Shown piece after piece: positions 21,298 to 31,126 of a stretch of 64,000 nt of DNA. Positions within the stretch are counted from its first letter, which is position 1; each line of letters starts with the position of its first letter. The position numbers and the translations under genes were made by a program. The DNA is from an uncultured Actinomycetota bacterium (lineage in GTDB: Bacteria > Actinomycetota > Actinomycetes > Mycobacteriales > Mycobacteriaceae): assembly GCA_963743145.1 (NCBI GenBank), contig CAVUOR010000002.1, positions 43,022 to 107,021 of the forward strand. The letters run 5' to 3'. The notes beneath the pieces were generated by a model. It searched no databases, was not told the origin of the DNA, and saw only the letters and a program-made list of their open reading frames with translations.

Positions 21298-22458
21298 GTG
21301 GATTTCTCATACCCGGCGGAGGTGGAACAGTTCCGCTCCGAACTGCGCGCCTGGCTGTCCGCGAATCTCACCGACGAGCTGATCGCCAATCGACGCCCCT
21401 CCGGCTACGACGACGGGATATTCGAGAAGCTGCGCGCATGGAATCGCACGATGGCCGATGCCGGCTGGGCGGCCGTCTCCTGGCCCCGCGAATATGGCGG
21501 CCGGGGAGCCACGGTGCTCGAGCAGCTGGTCTACACCGAAGAGACCACGCGGGCGCGGGCGCCGTTGCCGCTTAACGTCATCGGCATGAATAACATTGCG
21601 CCGGCCATCATGCAATACGGCACTGAATCTCAGAAGACGACACTGCTCCCCCGCATGATGCGTGCCGACGATATCTGGTGCCAGGGAATGTCAGAACCCG
21701 AAGCCGGGTCCGATCTCGCCTCGCTGCGCACCAGGGCAGTGCGAGACGATGACGACTTCGTCGTCAACGGCCAGAAGATCTGGACCTCGCTCGGGCATCG
21801 GGCACAGTGGTGCCAGCTGTATGTGCGCACTGACCCGGAGGCCCCCAAACACAAGGGGATCTCCTGCCTAATTGTCGACATGAGGCTGCCCGGCATCGAG
21901 GTCCGCCCACTCGTCACGCTCAACGGCGACACCGACTTCGCCGAAATCTTCTTTCACGACGTGCGGGTACCGGCGGATGCCTTGCTTGGACCGCTAAATG
22001 GGGGTTGGCAGGTGGCCACCACCACGCTCAGCCATGAGCGCGCCGGGGCCGCGCGGCTCTACGCCGAGATGCAGGTACGGCTGGAAGAACTGGTGGCCGA
22101 CATGGCTGCCGAGCAGGGCACCGACCCGCACGGCGCCCTCGACGACCCTGTGATACTGCGGCGCCTCGGCGAAATCTCCCTTCGCATCAAGTATCTCGAG
22201 GTGCTCTGCCAGCGATCGATCTCGGCGGCCCTGCACGGCGGTGACGTGTTTGGATCGGCGAGCCTCGCCAAGGGGTTGTGGGGGGAGATTGGCCAAGAGC
22301 TTGCTGCCTTGGCCTTTGATGTGCTGGGCACCCACGGCAGCAACGCCCCGTGGGCAAATTATCGTTTGACCTCGCGCTCGCTGACGATCGCGGGCGGCAC
22401 CACCCAGATCAACAAGAACATCACCGCGCAGCGAGTACTCGGGTTGCCGCGCTCATGA
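21298..22458 (+). CDS. Acyl-CoA dehydrogenase (FadE)
   Basis: WCQGMSEPEAGSDLA, NGQKIWTS, TIAGGTTQI. GTG start at 21298. Confidence 0.93.
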   Translation: MDFSYPAEVEQFRSELRAWLSANLTDELIANRRPSGYDDGIFEKLRAWNRTMADAGWAAVSWPREYGGRGATVLEQLVYTEETTRARAPLPLNVIGMNNIAPAIMQYGTESQKTTLLPRMMRADDIWCQGMSEPEAGSDLASLRTRAVRDDDDFVVNGQKIWTSLGHRAQWCQLYVRTDPEAPKHKGISCLIVDMRLPGIEVRPLVTLNGDTDFAEIFFHDVRVPADALLGPLNGGWQVATTTLSHERAGAARLYAEMQVRLEELVADMAAEQGTDPHGALDDPVILRRLGEISLRIKYLEVLCQRSISAALHGGDVFGSASLAKGLWGEIGQELAALAFDVLGTHGSNAPWANYRLTSRSLTIAGGTTQINKNITAQRVLGLPRS

Positions 22459-23571
22459 ATCTGGAACTTACCGACGAGCAAGTGGCGCTGCGCGACACCA
22501 CGCGACGCTTTCTAGGCCGAAAAGGCATCGATTTCGGGCCATGTGCGCCCACTTCTCGACGATCCGACCGGTACCACCGAGGATGTCTGGCGCGGACTTG
22601 CCGAGCTTGGGACGACGGGGCTCTTGGTCCCGGAGAGCTACGGCGGAGCCGGCATGACGATGGTCGAAGCTGGTGTCGTGGCCGAAGAACTCGGCGCCGC
22701 TCTGCATCCGGGGCCGTGGCTGTCGAGCGCTGTTGCCGCCACGCGCATGCTGATCCGACTCGACGACGCCAATGGCGCTGCCGCCAAGCTCTTGACCGGG
22801 ATCGCGGACGGCAGCACCGTCGCGGCCGTCGGCTTCCTGGACTTCCGGAACACCTCCGTCGCCGCGGTCGGGCAGGGCCGAGACGGTGCAGACGCCGTGC
22901 TGCGCGGCGAGATCGCCGGCGTGCCCGACGCCGCGGCCGCCGACACCCTGCTGGTGCTCGCCGAGGAATCAAACGGCACAGCCCTTTACGCGCTAAAGAC
23001 CGACTCATCGGGGATCTCGGTAACACCCGAGCGTGGCATCGACCAGACCCGCAAGCGGTTTCGGGTCGCGCTCGACGACTCCCCCGCACACCGGCTGGCC
23101 ACCCCGCCGTCAGAAGCCCTCGAAGCAGTCGTCGATGACGTGCTCATCGCCACTGCTGCCGACGCGCTGGGTGCTGCGCGGGCCGTCATGCATCTGGCCA
23201 TCGAATACGCCAAGGTGCGAAAGCAATTCGGCCAGGCCATCGGTTCGTTTCAGGCCGTCCAGCATTTGTGTGCCGATATGTATGAGACGGTCGAGCTGGC
23301 CCGCAGCGGAGTGATCCATGCGCTGTGGGCCGCCGACAACGCCGACGCGGGCGAGCGACACCTGTCCGCCGTGCGGGCAAAGGCATTTGCGGGGCAGTTG
23401 GCCACGGTAGGCGACACGGCGATCCAGGTATTCGGAGGCATCGGCTATACCTGGGAGCACGACGCGCACCTCTACCTGAAACGTCTGCTCAGCTGGAGCG
23501 CATTTCTCGGCGGATCCGACCGCTATCTCACTGAACTCGGCGCGCACCTAGCGAAAAGAGGTCCGAGATGA
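22455..23571 (+). CDS. Acyl-CoA dehydrogenase partner subunit (heteromeric FadE), frameshift near 22520
   Basis: ATG overlaps the upstream TGA. MNLELTDEQ then a shift into ORF 22543-23571 with RKQFGQAIGSFQAVQH and GGIGYTWEHD. Confidence 0.85.
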
Positions 23572-24506
23572 TCGATTTCACCGATCAGGTTGCGATCGTG
23601 ACGGGCGCCGGCCGAGGACTCGGCCGGTTGTATGCGCTGGAGCTGGCTCGGCGCGGCGCCTCGGTGATCGTCAACGATCTGGGTGGCACGATGCACGGCG
23701 ACGGCGCGGACACCAGCGTCGCCGACGCCGTCGCCGAAGAGATCGAGCGTGCCGGCGGCGTCGCCGTCGCGTCACATGATTCGGTGGATAGCCCGGAGGG
23801 CGGCGAAGCGATTGTCGGCACCGCTATCGATCGGTTCGGTCGTCTCGACGCGGTGGTAAGCAACGCGGGCATTTTCAACAGCGCGCCTTTCGAGGACCTA
23901 TCGCCGGCCGACTGGCGTCGGATGCTGAGCGTGCATCTAGATGGCGGGTTCTATCTGAGCCAGCCGGCGTATCGAATGATGAAGGCGGCCGGCTACGGGC
24001 GCTTCGTCTTCATCTCGTCCTCCGGAGGCATGTTCGGACAGCCGCTGGAAGCCCACTATGCGGCGGCCAAGGCCGGCTTGGTGGGGCTGACCAACGTCAT
24101 CGCGATCGAAGGCGCCGAGCACGGGATTCTCGCCAACACTGTGCTGCCCTTCGGCTTCTCGCGCATGGTCACCGAAACCGTTGGAGATCCCAAAGCACTT
24201 GAGGAGACCGGGTTTTTGAAAGTGATCCAACCCGAGCTGGTAGTGCCGATCGTGGCATTCCTGGCCAGTCGAGCTTGCGAGTTCAGCCATCAGAACTACT
24301 CGGCCTGCGCCGGACGCTTCTCGCGGGTCTTCGTTGGCCTCGGCGAAGGGTGGCTCGCCGAGCCGGGCAGTAACCCGACGGCCGACGACGTCGCTGCACA
24401 TATTGCCGAGGTCTCCGCTACCGAGCCGTTCACCGTTCCCGGGTCAATCTTTGAAGAAGTGTTCGCTGTCTGCGAAAAGCTCGGCATCAACGTGTTTTCG
24501 CAGTGA
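23568..24506 (+). CDS. SDR family oxidoreductase (MFE-2/hydroxyacyl-CoA dehydrogenase-like)
   Basis: TGAGRGLG, VNDLG, YAAAK. Confidence 0.9.
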   Translation: MIDFTDQVAIVTGAGRGLGRLYALELARRGASVIVNDLGGTMHGDGADTSVADAVAEEIERAGGVAVASHDSVDSPEGGEAIVGTAIDRFGRLDAVVSNAGIFNSAPFEDLSPADWRRMLSVHLDGGFYLSQPAYRMMKAAGYGRFVFISSSGGMFGQPLEAHYAAAKAGLVGLTNVIAIEGAEHGILANTVLPFGFSRMVTETVGDPKALEETGFLKVIQPELVVPIVAFLASRACEFSHQNYSACAGRFSRVFVGLGEGWLAEPGSNPTADDVAAHIAEVSATEPFTVPGSIFEEVFAVCEKLGINVFSQ

Positions 24507-24532
24507 GGCCGGCCCGGTGATATCGAGCTGTC

Positions 24533-25180
24533 ATGGACATTGAGCAACTTCTGACCGCGACGAGGTCGGCGCGTAAGACGCTCGACTTGGGTGCGGAAGT
24601 CGACATCGATGACATCCGCGAATGCCTTCGCATCGGGTTGCAGGCGGCCAACGGGTCAAATTCCCAGACCTGGCGGTGGCTGGTCGTCACCGATCCTAGG
24701 CTGCGGGAACAGCTGGCGAGCCTGTACCGCGAGGCCTACCTGTTGCGCGTCGGCGGGCAGATGCTCGCCGACCTGATGCCGGCCGGCAGCCCAGAGGGCA
24801 GGCTCATGTCGTCCACCGAGTGGCTGGTCGAGAACATGGCGAAGGTGCCGGTGTTGGTAATCCCTTGCTATGAGCCCTATCTGCCGCGTATCGACGGCGA
24901 CGAATCTTTCTATCAGGCCACCCTGTACGGCTCGATCTTCCCGGCGGTATGGAACTTCCAGTTGGCGCTGCATGACCGCGGCTACGGCACGTGCATCACC
25001 ACGCTGCACTTGCATCGCGAGGACGCCGTCCGCGAGCTGCTGCAGATCCCGGAAAGCTACGCGCAAGGCTGTCTGCTTCCGGTCGGTCGTCTCCGTAAGG
25101 GTCATACCTTTCGGCCAGCGCCCAGGCGCCCGCTAGACGAGGTCGTCGCTGTCGACGGCTGGGACGGGCAGCCGATCTGA
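24533..25180 (+). CDS. Nitroreductase family protein
   Basis: TRSARK, QAANGSNSQTWRW, GYGTCIT. Confidence 0.88.
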   Translation: MDIEQLLTATRSARKTLDLGAEVDIDDIRECLRIGLQAANGSNSQTWRWLVVTDPRLREQLASLYREAYLLRVGGQMLADLMPAGSPEGRLMSSTEWLVENMAKVPVLVIPCYEPYLPRIDGDESFYQATLYGSIFPAVWNFQLALHDRGYGTCITTLHLHREDAVRELLQIPESYAQGCLLPVGRLRKGHTFRPAPRRPLDEVVAVDGWDGQPI

Positions 25181-25250
25181 TACCGATATGCGCTGCCACG
25201 GCATGCCCCGTTCAAGCTAGGCGCCTGCCGACAGCAACCTGGTAGCGTGG

Positions 25251-25266
25251 GACCAAATATTCGGTC
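25251..25266. promoter_or_regulatory. Palindromic operator copy 6 (GACCAAATATTCGGTC)
   Basis: Nearly perfect palindrome upstream of the TetR gene, consistent with autoregulation. Confidence 0.75.
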
Positions 25267-25418
25267 GCTGATTATGCGGCCGCGGTCAGGGCGGGACCCG
25301 TGGAGGTGTCGTGGGGCTTCAGCAACCATCCGAGGCTGCAGCCGCACGGGGCTCGGCACGCCTAGACTTGCCCGATGCTGATTCGTTGGTGCGGCCAGGC
25401 CGACCCGGACGTTCTCGC

Positions 25419-26738
25419 ATGACGCCGAGGGGACAGCATGCCGCCAAACGCATCCCCGACTTCGCAGACGAGCGCGGAGGTGCCTACGACGACGGCACTC
25501 GGCGGACCGAAATCCTGCACACCGCGGCATCGTTGATCGCTTCGTCGGGTTTGCGGACATCTCTGCAGGAGATCGCGGACGCGGCGGGCATCTTGCCGGG
25601 AAGTCTTTACCACCACTTTGAATCAAAAGAAGCGATCCTCGTCGAGTTAGTACGTCGGTATTACGCCGACTTGGAGCGCATCGGCGAGATCGCCCACGAC
25701 AGGTTGGACAAGCCCGACTCGCGACCGGTCGCAGACAAGATCTTCGAGTTGGGGTCTGCGATCGCGCGGTGCGCGGTTCAGCACCGGGCCGCGTTGCAGA
25801 TGTCGTTCTATGAGGCGCCCAGTGCAAATCCGGAGCTTGTCGAGCTGCTGCAAAAACCACCCACGGCAGTTCAGCAGGCGATGCTGCAAACGCTGCGTGC
25901 CGGCAGATGGAGTGGCTACATCAGATCCGACATCGATCTGCCGACGCTCGCCGACCGTATCTGCCAGAACATGATGCACGTTGGACTTGACATCATCCGG
26001 CACACCGCCGCGCCCGACCAGACGGCGGCCGTCTTGTGCCGCATCATGTTGCACGGGCTGGCCAGTCGACCGCCCAGTGACAAGGAATTAGACGGCTCCG
26101 CTGCCTTCGCAGCCGCCGAGGCGGCAATCAAGACCTGGGGCGACGAGAGCGAGTCCGACGGAAAAGACAAAGCCGCACATGTCCGCGCGGTGGCACGAGC
26201 CGAATTCGGCAGGAAAGGTTACGAGGTCACCACGATCCGGGACATCGCCGCCGCGGCGGGCCTGGGTACCGGAACCGTCTATCGCTTGATCGGGTCAAAA
26301 GACGAGCTGCTCGCCTCGATCATGGAGTCGTTCGGCATTAAGGCGGGCGGTGGATTCGCCAGCGTGCTGCGATCGGATGCCACACCGGTGGAAAAGCTGG
26401 ACGCGTTGAGTTGGGTCAACATCAATGCGCTGGACCAGTTCCCCGACGAGTGGAAGATCCAACTCGCGTGGATGCGCCAATGTCCGCCCGACACACCCAA
26501 CCCCGGGCTGGCGTTCACCATGCGATTACGCCAGCTCAGAGCGTTGTTGTCGGAAGGGATCCAATCCGGGGACATTCGGATTGAGGATCCCCCCTCCCTG
26601 TCGATGCTGGCCCGCTATGTGATGGACATCATCTGGGTACCGGAGAACATCGTGCGGACTCAAGGGAAGCAGGCGGCGCTGGTCAACGCCCGTGACACCG
26701 TGCTGCGCGGCGCCGCCGACCGCGGCCGACGCAAGTAG
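25419..26738 (+). CDS. TetR/AcrR regulator with two tandem TetR units
   Basis: Two HTH motifs: TSLQEIADAAGILPGSLYHHFESK and TTIRDIAAAAGLGTGTVYRLIGSK. Confidence 0.92.
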   Translation: MTPRGQHAAKRIPDFADERGGAYDDGTRRTEILHTAASLIASSGLRTSLQEIADAAGILPGSLYHHFESKEAILVELVRRYYADLERIGEIAHDRLDKPDSRPVADKIFELGSAIARCAVQHRAALQMSFYEAPSANPELVELLQKPPTAVQQAMLQTLRAGRWSGYIRSDIDLPTLADRICQNMMHVGLDIIRHTAAPDQTAAVLCRIMLHGLASRPPSDKELDGSAAFAAAEAAIKTWGDESESDGKDKAAHVRAVARAEFGRKGYEVTTIRDIAAAAGLGTGTVYRLIGSKDELLASIMESFGIKAGGGFASVLRSDATPVEKLDALSWVNINALDQFPDEWKIQLAWMRQCPPDTPNPGLAFTMRLRQLRALLSEGIQSGDIRIEDPPSLSMLARYVMDIIWVPENIVRTQGKQAALVNARDTVLRGAADRGRRK

Positions 26739-26843
26739 CGGCGGCAAGCACCACTTCGTTAAACACCCGTCGGTGGCTGCACCGTCCACGCATACTTGCG
26801 GCATGCTGGCCCGGAAGTCCATACCGTAGGGCACCCAGTTAGG

Positions 26844-26859
26844 TACCAAATATCTGTTC
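26844..26859. promoter_or_regulatory. Palindromic operator copy 7 (TACCAAATATCTGTTC)
   Basis: Upstream of the SDR at 26911. Confidence 0.75.
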
Positions 26860-26910
26860 CCCGTAAAGTACTCCCGAGCCTTAATGCTGGTGTCCCTAGA
26901 GAGGATTGAA

Positions 26911-27753
26911 ATGACTGGTATCGAGCAGTTCCGCTACGACGGCAAGCGGGCGCTGGTAGTCGGAGGTGCCACCGGCATGGGCGCCGCGGCGGCCAAGATC
27001 GTCGGTGCCCTCGGGGCTGAAGTCATCAACCTGGACTACGCGCCGGTCGGCCCCGAGCTCGGCCGCGGAATCCAGGTCGATCTTCGGGACCCGGCGTCGA
27101 TCGACAACGCTCTTGAGCAGGTCGGCGGCCCCGTCGATGCTCTGTTCTCTGCCGCCGGCATTGCTGACGGTCCGGACCTGATGAAGATCAACTTCATCGG
27201 CCATCGGCACGTGATCGACCGGTTGCTGAGCAACGGCCAACTGGGCCGCGGTTCGGCCATCTGCTTCATCTCCTCAGTGGCCGGCATCGGATGGGAGACC
27301 GATCTACCGCGACTTCAGGAGTTCCTGGCCACGCCTGACTTCGAGTCGGCAGACGCCTGGGTCAAAGCCCACGAGGCAGACAACTTCGGCCATTACGGCA
27401 CGAGCAAGCAGGCGATCAACGCCTACGTCGCGACGCATGCGTTTCCCTTCCTGGCGAAAGGCATCCGGATCAACGCGATCTGCCCCGGTCCGACCGATAC
27501 TCCGCTGGCCCGGGCCAACGCTGATCTGTGGCTGACTTTCGCACAGGACTACCGGGAGGCCACCGGCGCCGAGGTCCACACGCCGGAGCAGATGGGCAAC
27601 GTGATGGCGTTTCTCAATAGCGACGCCGCCGCCGGGGTCAACGGGGTCACCCTCCTTGTCGACTACGGGCATGTCAATTCGTCGAATACCGGTACGTTCG
27701 CAGCCGGTAAGCCCATCATCGACTTGCTCATGGGCCGGATCTCACTTAGCTGA
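26911..27753 (+). CDS. SDR oxidoreductase (coniferyl-alcohol/3-alpha-HSD-like)
   Basis: GGATGMG, YGTSK, INAICPGPTDT; GAGG RBS. Confidence 0.88.
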   Translation: MTGIEQFRYDGKRALVVGGATGMGAAAAKIVGALGAEVINLDYAPVGPELGRGIQVDLRDPASIDNALEQVGGPVDALFSAAGIADGPDLMKINFIGHRHVIDRLLSNGQLGRGSAICFISSVAGIGWETDLPRLQEFLATPDFESADAWVKAHEADNFGHYGTSKQAINAYVATHAFPFLAKGIRINAICPGPTDTPLARANADLWLTFAQDYREATGAEVHTPEQMGNVMAFLNSDAAAGVNGVTLLVDYGHVNSSNTGTFAAGKPIIDLLMGRISLS

Positions 27754-27856
27754 TTCCACTGCGCACGTTTCCTCCCGAAAACCATCGCAAGGGCTGGTAG
27801 AAACAGCTGCGACGAGGGTCCATGCGTCCGAGCGGCTCTCGGAATGGAGGTGACCG

Positions 27857-28279
27857 GTGGGAGGCCGATTCGTCATCGCGGTGGTCACCACGTCAGTGGT
27901 GGTGGCATCCTGCGCGGGATGCTCTGGCGGTGACCAGCATGTCGCGCAGAAAACCGCCCGGATCACGGTGGACAACCACACTCGCACCTCGCACGCCGTC
28001 GTTTGCAGCCAAATTCAATGGTTGTTGACCGCTGACATCACCGCCGCGCCAGCCAGTGTCCACGTGTTGCTCAAACTCGATTCAGAGAAGCCCAAGCTCG
28101 AATCGGTCAATATCGAGAATTTCGCGGGCTTCACCGGGGTTGCCGACTCCCAAGCTGGCAACGCGACGGTGGGTTTCGCCCACGGCACATACACGATCAG
28201 GGGCGAAGCCGAAGGGTCTCAGCTCAACGATCCACGCGTTTCGGTGACGACACCGTTCAAGATCGAAGTGGGCTGCTGA
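27857..28279 (+). CDS. LpqH (19-kDa)-family lipoprotein
   Basis: Lipobox CAGC; YTIRGEAEG...PFKIEVGC C-terminus. Confidence 0.75.
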   Translation: MGGRFVIAVVTTSVVVASCAGCSGGDQHVAQKTARITVDNHTRTSHAVVCSQIQWLLTADITAAPASVHVLLKLDSEKPKLESVNIENFAGFTGVADSQAGNATVGFAHGTYTIRGEAEGSQLNDPRVSVTTPFKIEVGC

Positions 28280-28449
28280 CCAACGCTGGCGGTTGACGGT
28301 CGGGCGGGGCTCACGTGTCGTCGTCGGGCGGTTCCTGGACTTCGCGGGCCGGGAGGTGCCTTTCGAAGCCACTCCCTGAGCCGCAGGAGGGGAGCGACCA
28401 CGATGCCGATGCCCAGCAATATCAGCACGACAACAATCGCGGCGGTCAC
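28219..28449 (-). CDS. Small hypothetical membrane protein (3' end uncertain)
   Basis: GGAG RBS, one N-terminal hydrophobic helix. Confidence 0.4.
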   Translation of the reverse strand: MTAAIVVVLILLGIGIVVAPLLRLREWLRKAPPGPRSPGTARRRHVSPARPSTASVGQQPTSILNGVVTETRGSLS

Positions 28450-28502
28450 ATCTCCATGGTGACAGGTTGACGCTCCGGTGTGATGTAACCACTCATCAAG
28501 GG

Positions 28503-28527
28503 GTGCGGGCGGAGGGACTCGAACCCT
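28503..28527. repeat. att direct repeat, distal copy of the tRNA-Leu 3' end
   Basis: GTGCGGGCGGAGGGACTCGAACCCT, identical to 43073-43097. Confidence 0.92.
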
Positions 28528-28826
28528 ATTCAGCTACATGTTCAGACGGGACGAATAGCCTCTAGCTGCGTAAACACATCACGGCAGTTCACAAGAGTTA
28601 ACTGTAACTGCGACCAAATTGTGGCCAGGATGTGGCCACGGAGTCGATCACAGACAACCGAATACCCTTCTCCGTCCGGCGGCCACTCCGATCAACCAAT
28701 GAATCGGCCGTCAGCAAACCGTCTTTGAGTCCAGGTCCTCAATGCCAGGACCAGCCCTCTCGGTGCAGGCCCAGGATTAGGTATCGCCGTGGTGATGGTC
28801 GCATGCGCATGCGTCGCGGGTGCGGG

Positions 28827-28852
28827 GTGGAGCTACCGGGAATCGAGCCCGA
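28827..28852 (-). other. Fragment resembling a tmRNA/tRNA-Ala 3' end (relic att of a second element)
   Basis: Reverse complement TCGGGCTCGATTCCCGGTAGCTCCAC resembles a T-arm plus acceptor end; no 5' half present. Confidence 0.5.
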
Positions 28853-29050
28853 CGCGCTACCTGGCGAAATGTTCGCTGAGCTGCCGTTTCGTTCCATCCC
28901 GGTCCGGTTCAGTCCCGCTCGTTACCTGCGGTTTCGTCTCGGGTCTTGACGGCGTCAAGAGCCGACAGCACCGGGCGTGGTGAGACGAAAGCAGTAGCAG
29001 CGCGGCAATTTCCCTGAACCTCGCTGCGACCGAGGCGACAGTCAGTATGT

Positions 29051-29494
29051 CTAGGCGCGGAAGAGTTCCACGGACCATTCGGCAATCGTGGGCTCAAAGC
29101 GCTCGGGGACGTAGGACCCGGCCGGGCGCAGACCGCCCAGAGCGCGTGAAGCCGCCTCGAATAGGCACACTGCACACTCGACCATGTTCAGTGTGACCGC
29201 GAGGGCGTCGGCGATCATCGTGAACACTGCCCCATTCCGGCCGTAACCCGTCATCCACTTGTAGCCGTGGATGAAGCTGGAGCCGTACGAGTACAGGGAC
29301 CGGGCCGGGTTCTCTAAGCCATGGTTGGCGATCTCCCCGGTGTCGTGAGCCGGGACGTGCATGTCGACCCACTGCGCGGACTCCCGGATCATCTTCGTGA
29401 ACGACGGCGTCTTCGCGAAGGTGTAGGCCGTCTTCGCGTCGGCGACCAAGATGTTGAACTTCCGGCGATGCGGCGTCGATGATCGGTTGAGCGT
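29051..29494 (-). pseudogene. C-terminal fragment of a hypothetical protein (no credible start)
   Basis: Protein-like frame (..YSYGSSFIHG..) open up to the DyP stop codon, with no RBS or start. Confidence 0.45.
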
Positions 29495-31126
29495 TCATGC
29501 CCCAAGAACCATCTCAAGTGCGCTCATCGAGGGCGAGAAAAAGTAGCCGCCTCCGGTGGCGACCACGAAGTCGGTCATGGTGACGACGGTGGCGGCGCTG
29601 GCGTCGTGGCCCAGCAGCGTGCAGGAGCGGGCCCGGCCCGCGCCGGGGCGGCCGTTTTGGCCAATAATCATGTCGAACCCGCTGGGACTGCGCGGCCGCT
29701 TGCCGTCGTTGGCCCAAGCCGAGCACAAAAACTCGAACTGGTCCTTTATCGAGGTTTGATAGCAGGCGAACTGCAGACCCCGATTGCCATTGACCGGGTC
29801 CTCGCCCACCGGATCCTCAAGGGCGGGGCCAAATGGGAGGGCGCGACGCAAGATTCGCCGGTCAAACGACGCGTGCCGCCCGCCCATGTCGTTGGCGGCC
29901 TCACGGGAGTTGACCTTGCGGATATGGGCCGCCAACGGGCAGGTGAACCCCACCGGGTCGGCTTTTGCCTCCGGCCAATCCCCCCGCCTCAACGCACCCG
30001 TAAGCGGCACCGATTTGGCGTCGGCGGCAAACCCGAAGTCGTTGTTGGCTAACCGATCAACCCCGAGCGCCTCGTCGTCGTGGTCAGGCAGTCGTGCCAG
30101 GGGGGCCCCACTTGGCCACCGGCCCACCATCCGCGACGCCAACCATTCAGCGGTGACCCCTGTGAACCCGGGGCTCCTCGACAGTTCCTCGGCGAAGGTT
30201 GTGGCAAAGCCCCAAAACGCGGCCACGTCCTGACGCAGCCGGCGGAAGGCGAGGTAGGAACCATTGCGGCTCCAATCGGGGCCGGGCGTCTTAATCGCAC
30301 CCGGGATCAGCGGATCCGCTGCCGCCCCGGGATAGCCGAATATGAACTCCCCCGGCCAAACCAAATATTGGCCCGGCAGGCCATACATCCAGGCCTCCGG
30401 GGTATGCGACGGGTCGATCACCCGTTGGGTGACAAAGCTGTCCGGATCGGCCGACAACCGGCCACGCACCCCCGGCTGAGATATTCCGTCCTGAAACCCG
30501 AAGTGCTCTTTGCCAATCGCGTCCCGCTTATGGCCCATCTCCTCGTAGAGCACGCTCGCCCCGGATTCAACCGCCCGGTCACGCACATCGTCGAGCAGGG
30601 CTCTGCCGCTCTCGTCGCGGTCTGCGCCGCAAATCAGCAGCACATCTGCCTCCCGACCCAGCCCACCGAACAGCCAACGGGCAGGATTGCCCTCCGCCGA
30701 CGGATCAGTCGGGTCGCCCAACAGCGCCGACCGTGTCGCCAGCCCGGCCTGAAAACTCGCGTCGGTGAACGCCGCCACATCAGCCGAATAGGCCTCACCG
30801 GCAAGCAGTTTGGTCAACCCCGCACGACTGAAAGCCACATTGAGCCAAACATCGTCAACACCCGGTGGCGGCGTGGCCAAGGCGGCAAGCCGGTTTGTGC
30901 CCAGGCCTCGATGCGCGCGGACCTTGACTCGCGAATCCATGCACTGGCCCAAGGTCGTGATCTTGGGCAGCAGAGCACGGATCCATTCCTTGGCGCTGCG
31001 GACATCACCGAGCGTCAAGGCCAGCACTCCTTGGTGCGGCTTGAAAAACCCGGGGATGATGTTGCCCTGAATCTCGTCTGTATCCAGGATCGGTTCTGCC
31101 GGTGCACCACGGCGCTGCTCGACCAT
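29495..31126 (-). CDS. Dyp-type heme peroxidase
   Basis: IQGNI, EHFGFQDGISQP (GxxDG), NGSYLAFRRLRQDV, AHIRKVN (proximal His), RILRR, GLQFACYQ..QFE. ATG overlaps the upstream TGA. Confidence 0.92.
   Translation of the reverse strand: MVEQRRGAPAEPILDTDEIQGNIIPGFFKPHQGVLALTLGDVRSAKEWIRALLPKITTLGQCMDSRVKVRAHRGLGTNRLAALATPPPGVDDVWLNVAFSRAGLTKLLAGEAYSADVAAFTDASFQAGLATRSALLGDPTDPSAEGNPARWLFGGLGREADVLLICGADRDESGRALLDDVRDRAVESGASVLYEEMGHKRDAIGKEHFGFQDGISQPGVRGRLSADPDSFVTQRVIDPSHTPEAWMYGLPGQYLVWPGEFIFGYPGAAADPLIPGAIKTPGPDWSRNGSYLAFRRLRQDVAAFWGFATTFAEELSRSPGFTGVTAEWLASRMVGRWPSGAPLARLPDHDDEALGVDRLANNDFGFAADAKSVPLTGALRRGDWPEAKADPVGFTCPLAAHIRKVNSREAANDMGGRHASFDRRILRRALPFGPALEDPVGEDPVNGNRGLQFACYQTSIKDQFEFLCSAWANDGKRPRSPSGFDMIIGQNGRPGAGRARSCTLLGHDASAATVVTMTDFVVATGGGYFFSPSMSALEMVLGA

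Noticed and set aside
28632-28949. 105-aa ORF containing ELPGIEP
   Set aside because: Arises from reading the antisense of a tRNA/tmRNA-like 3' end; treated as non-coding.
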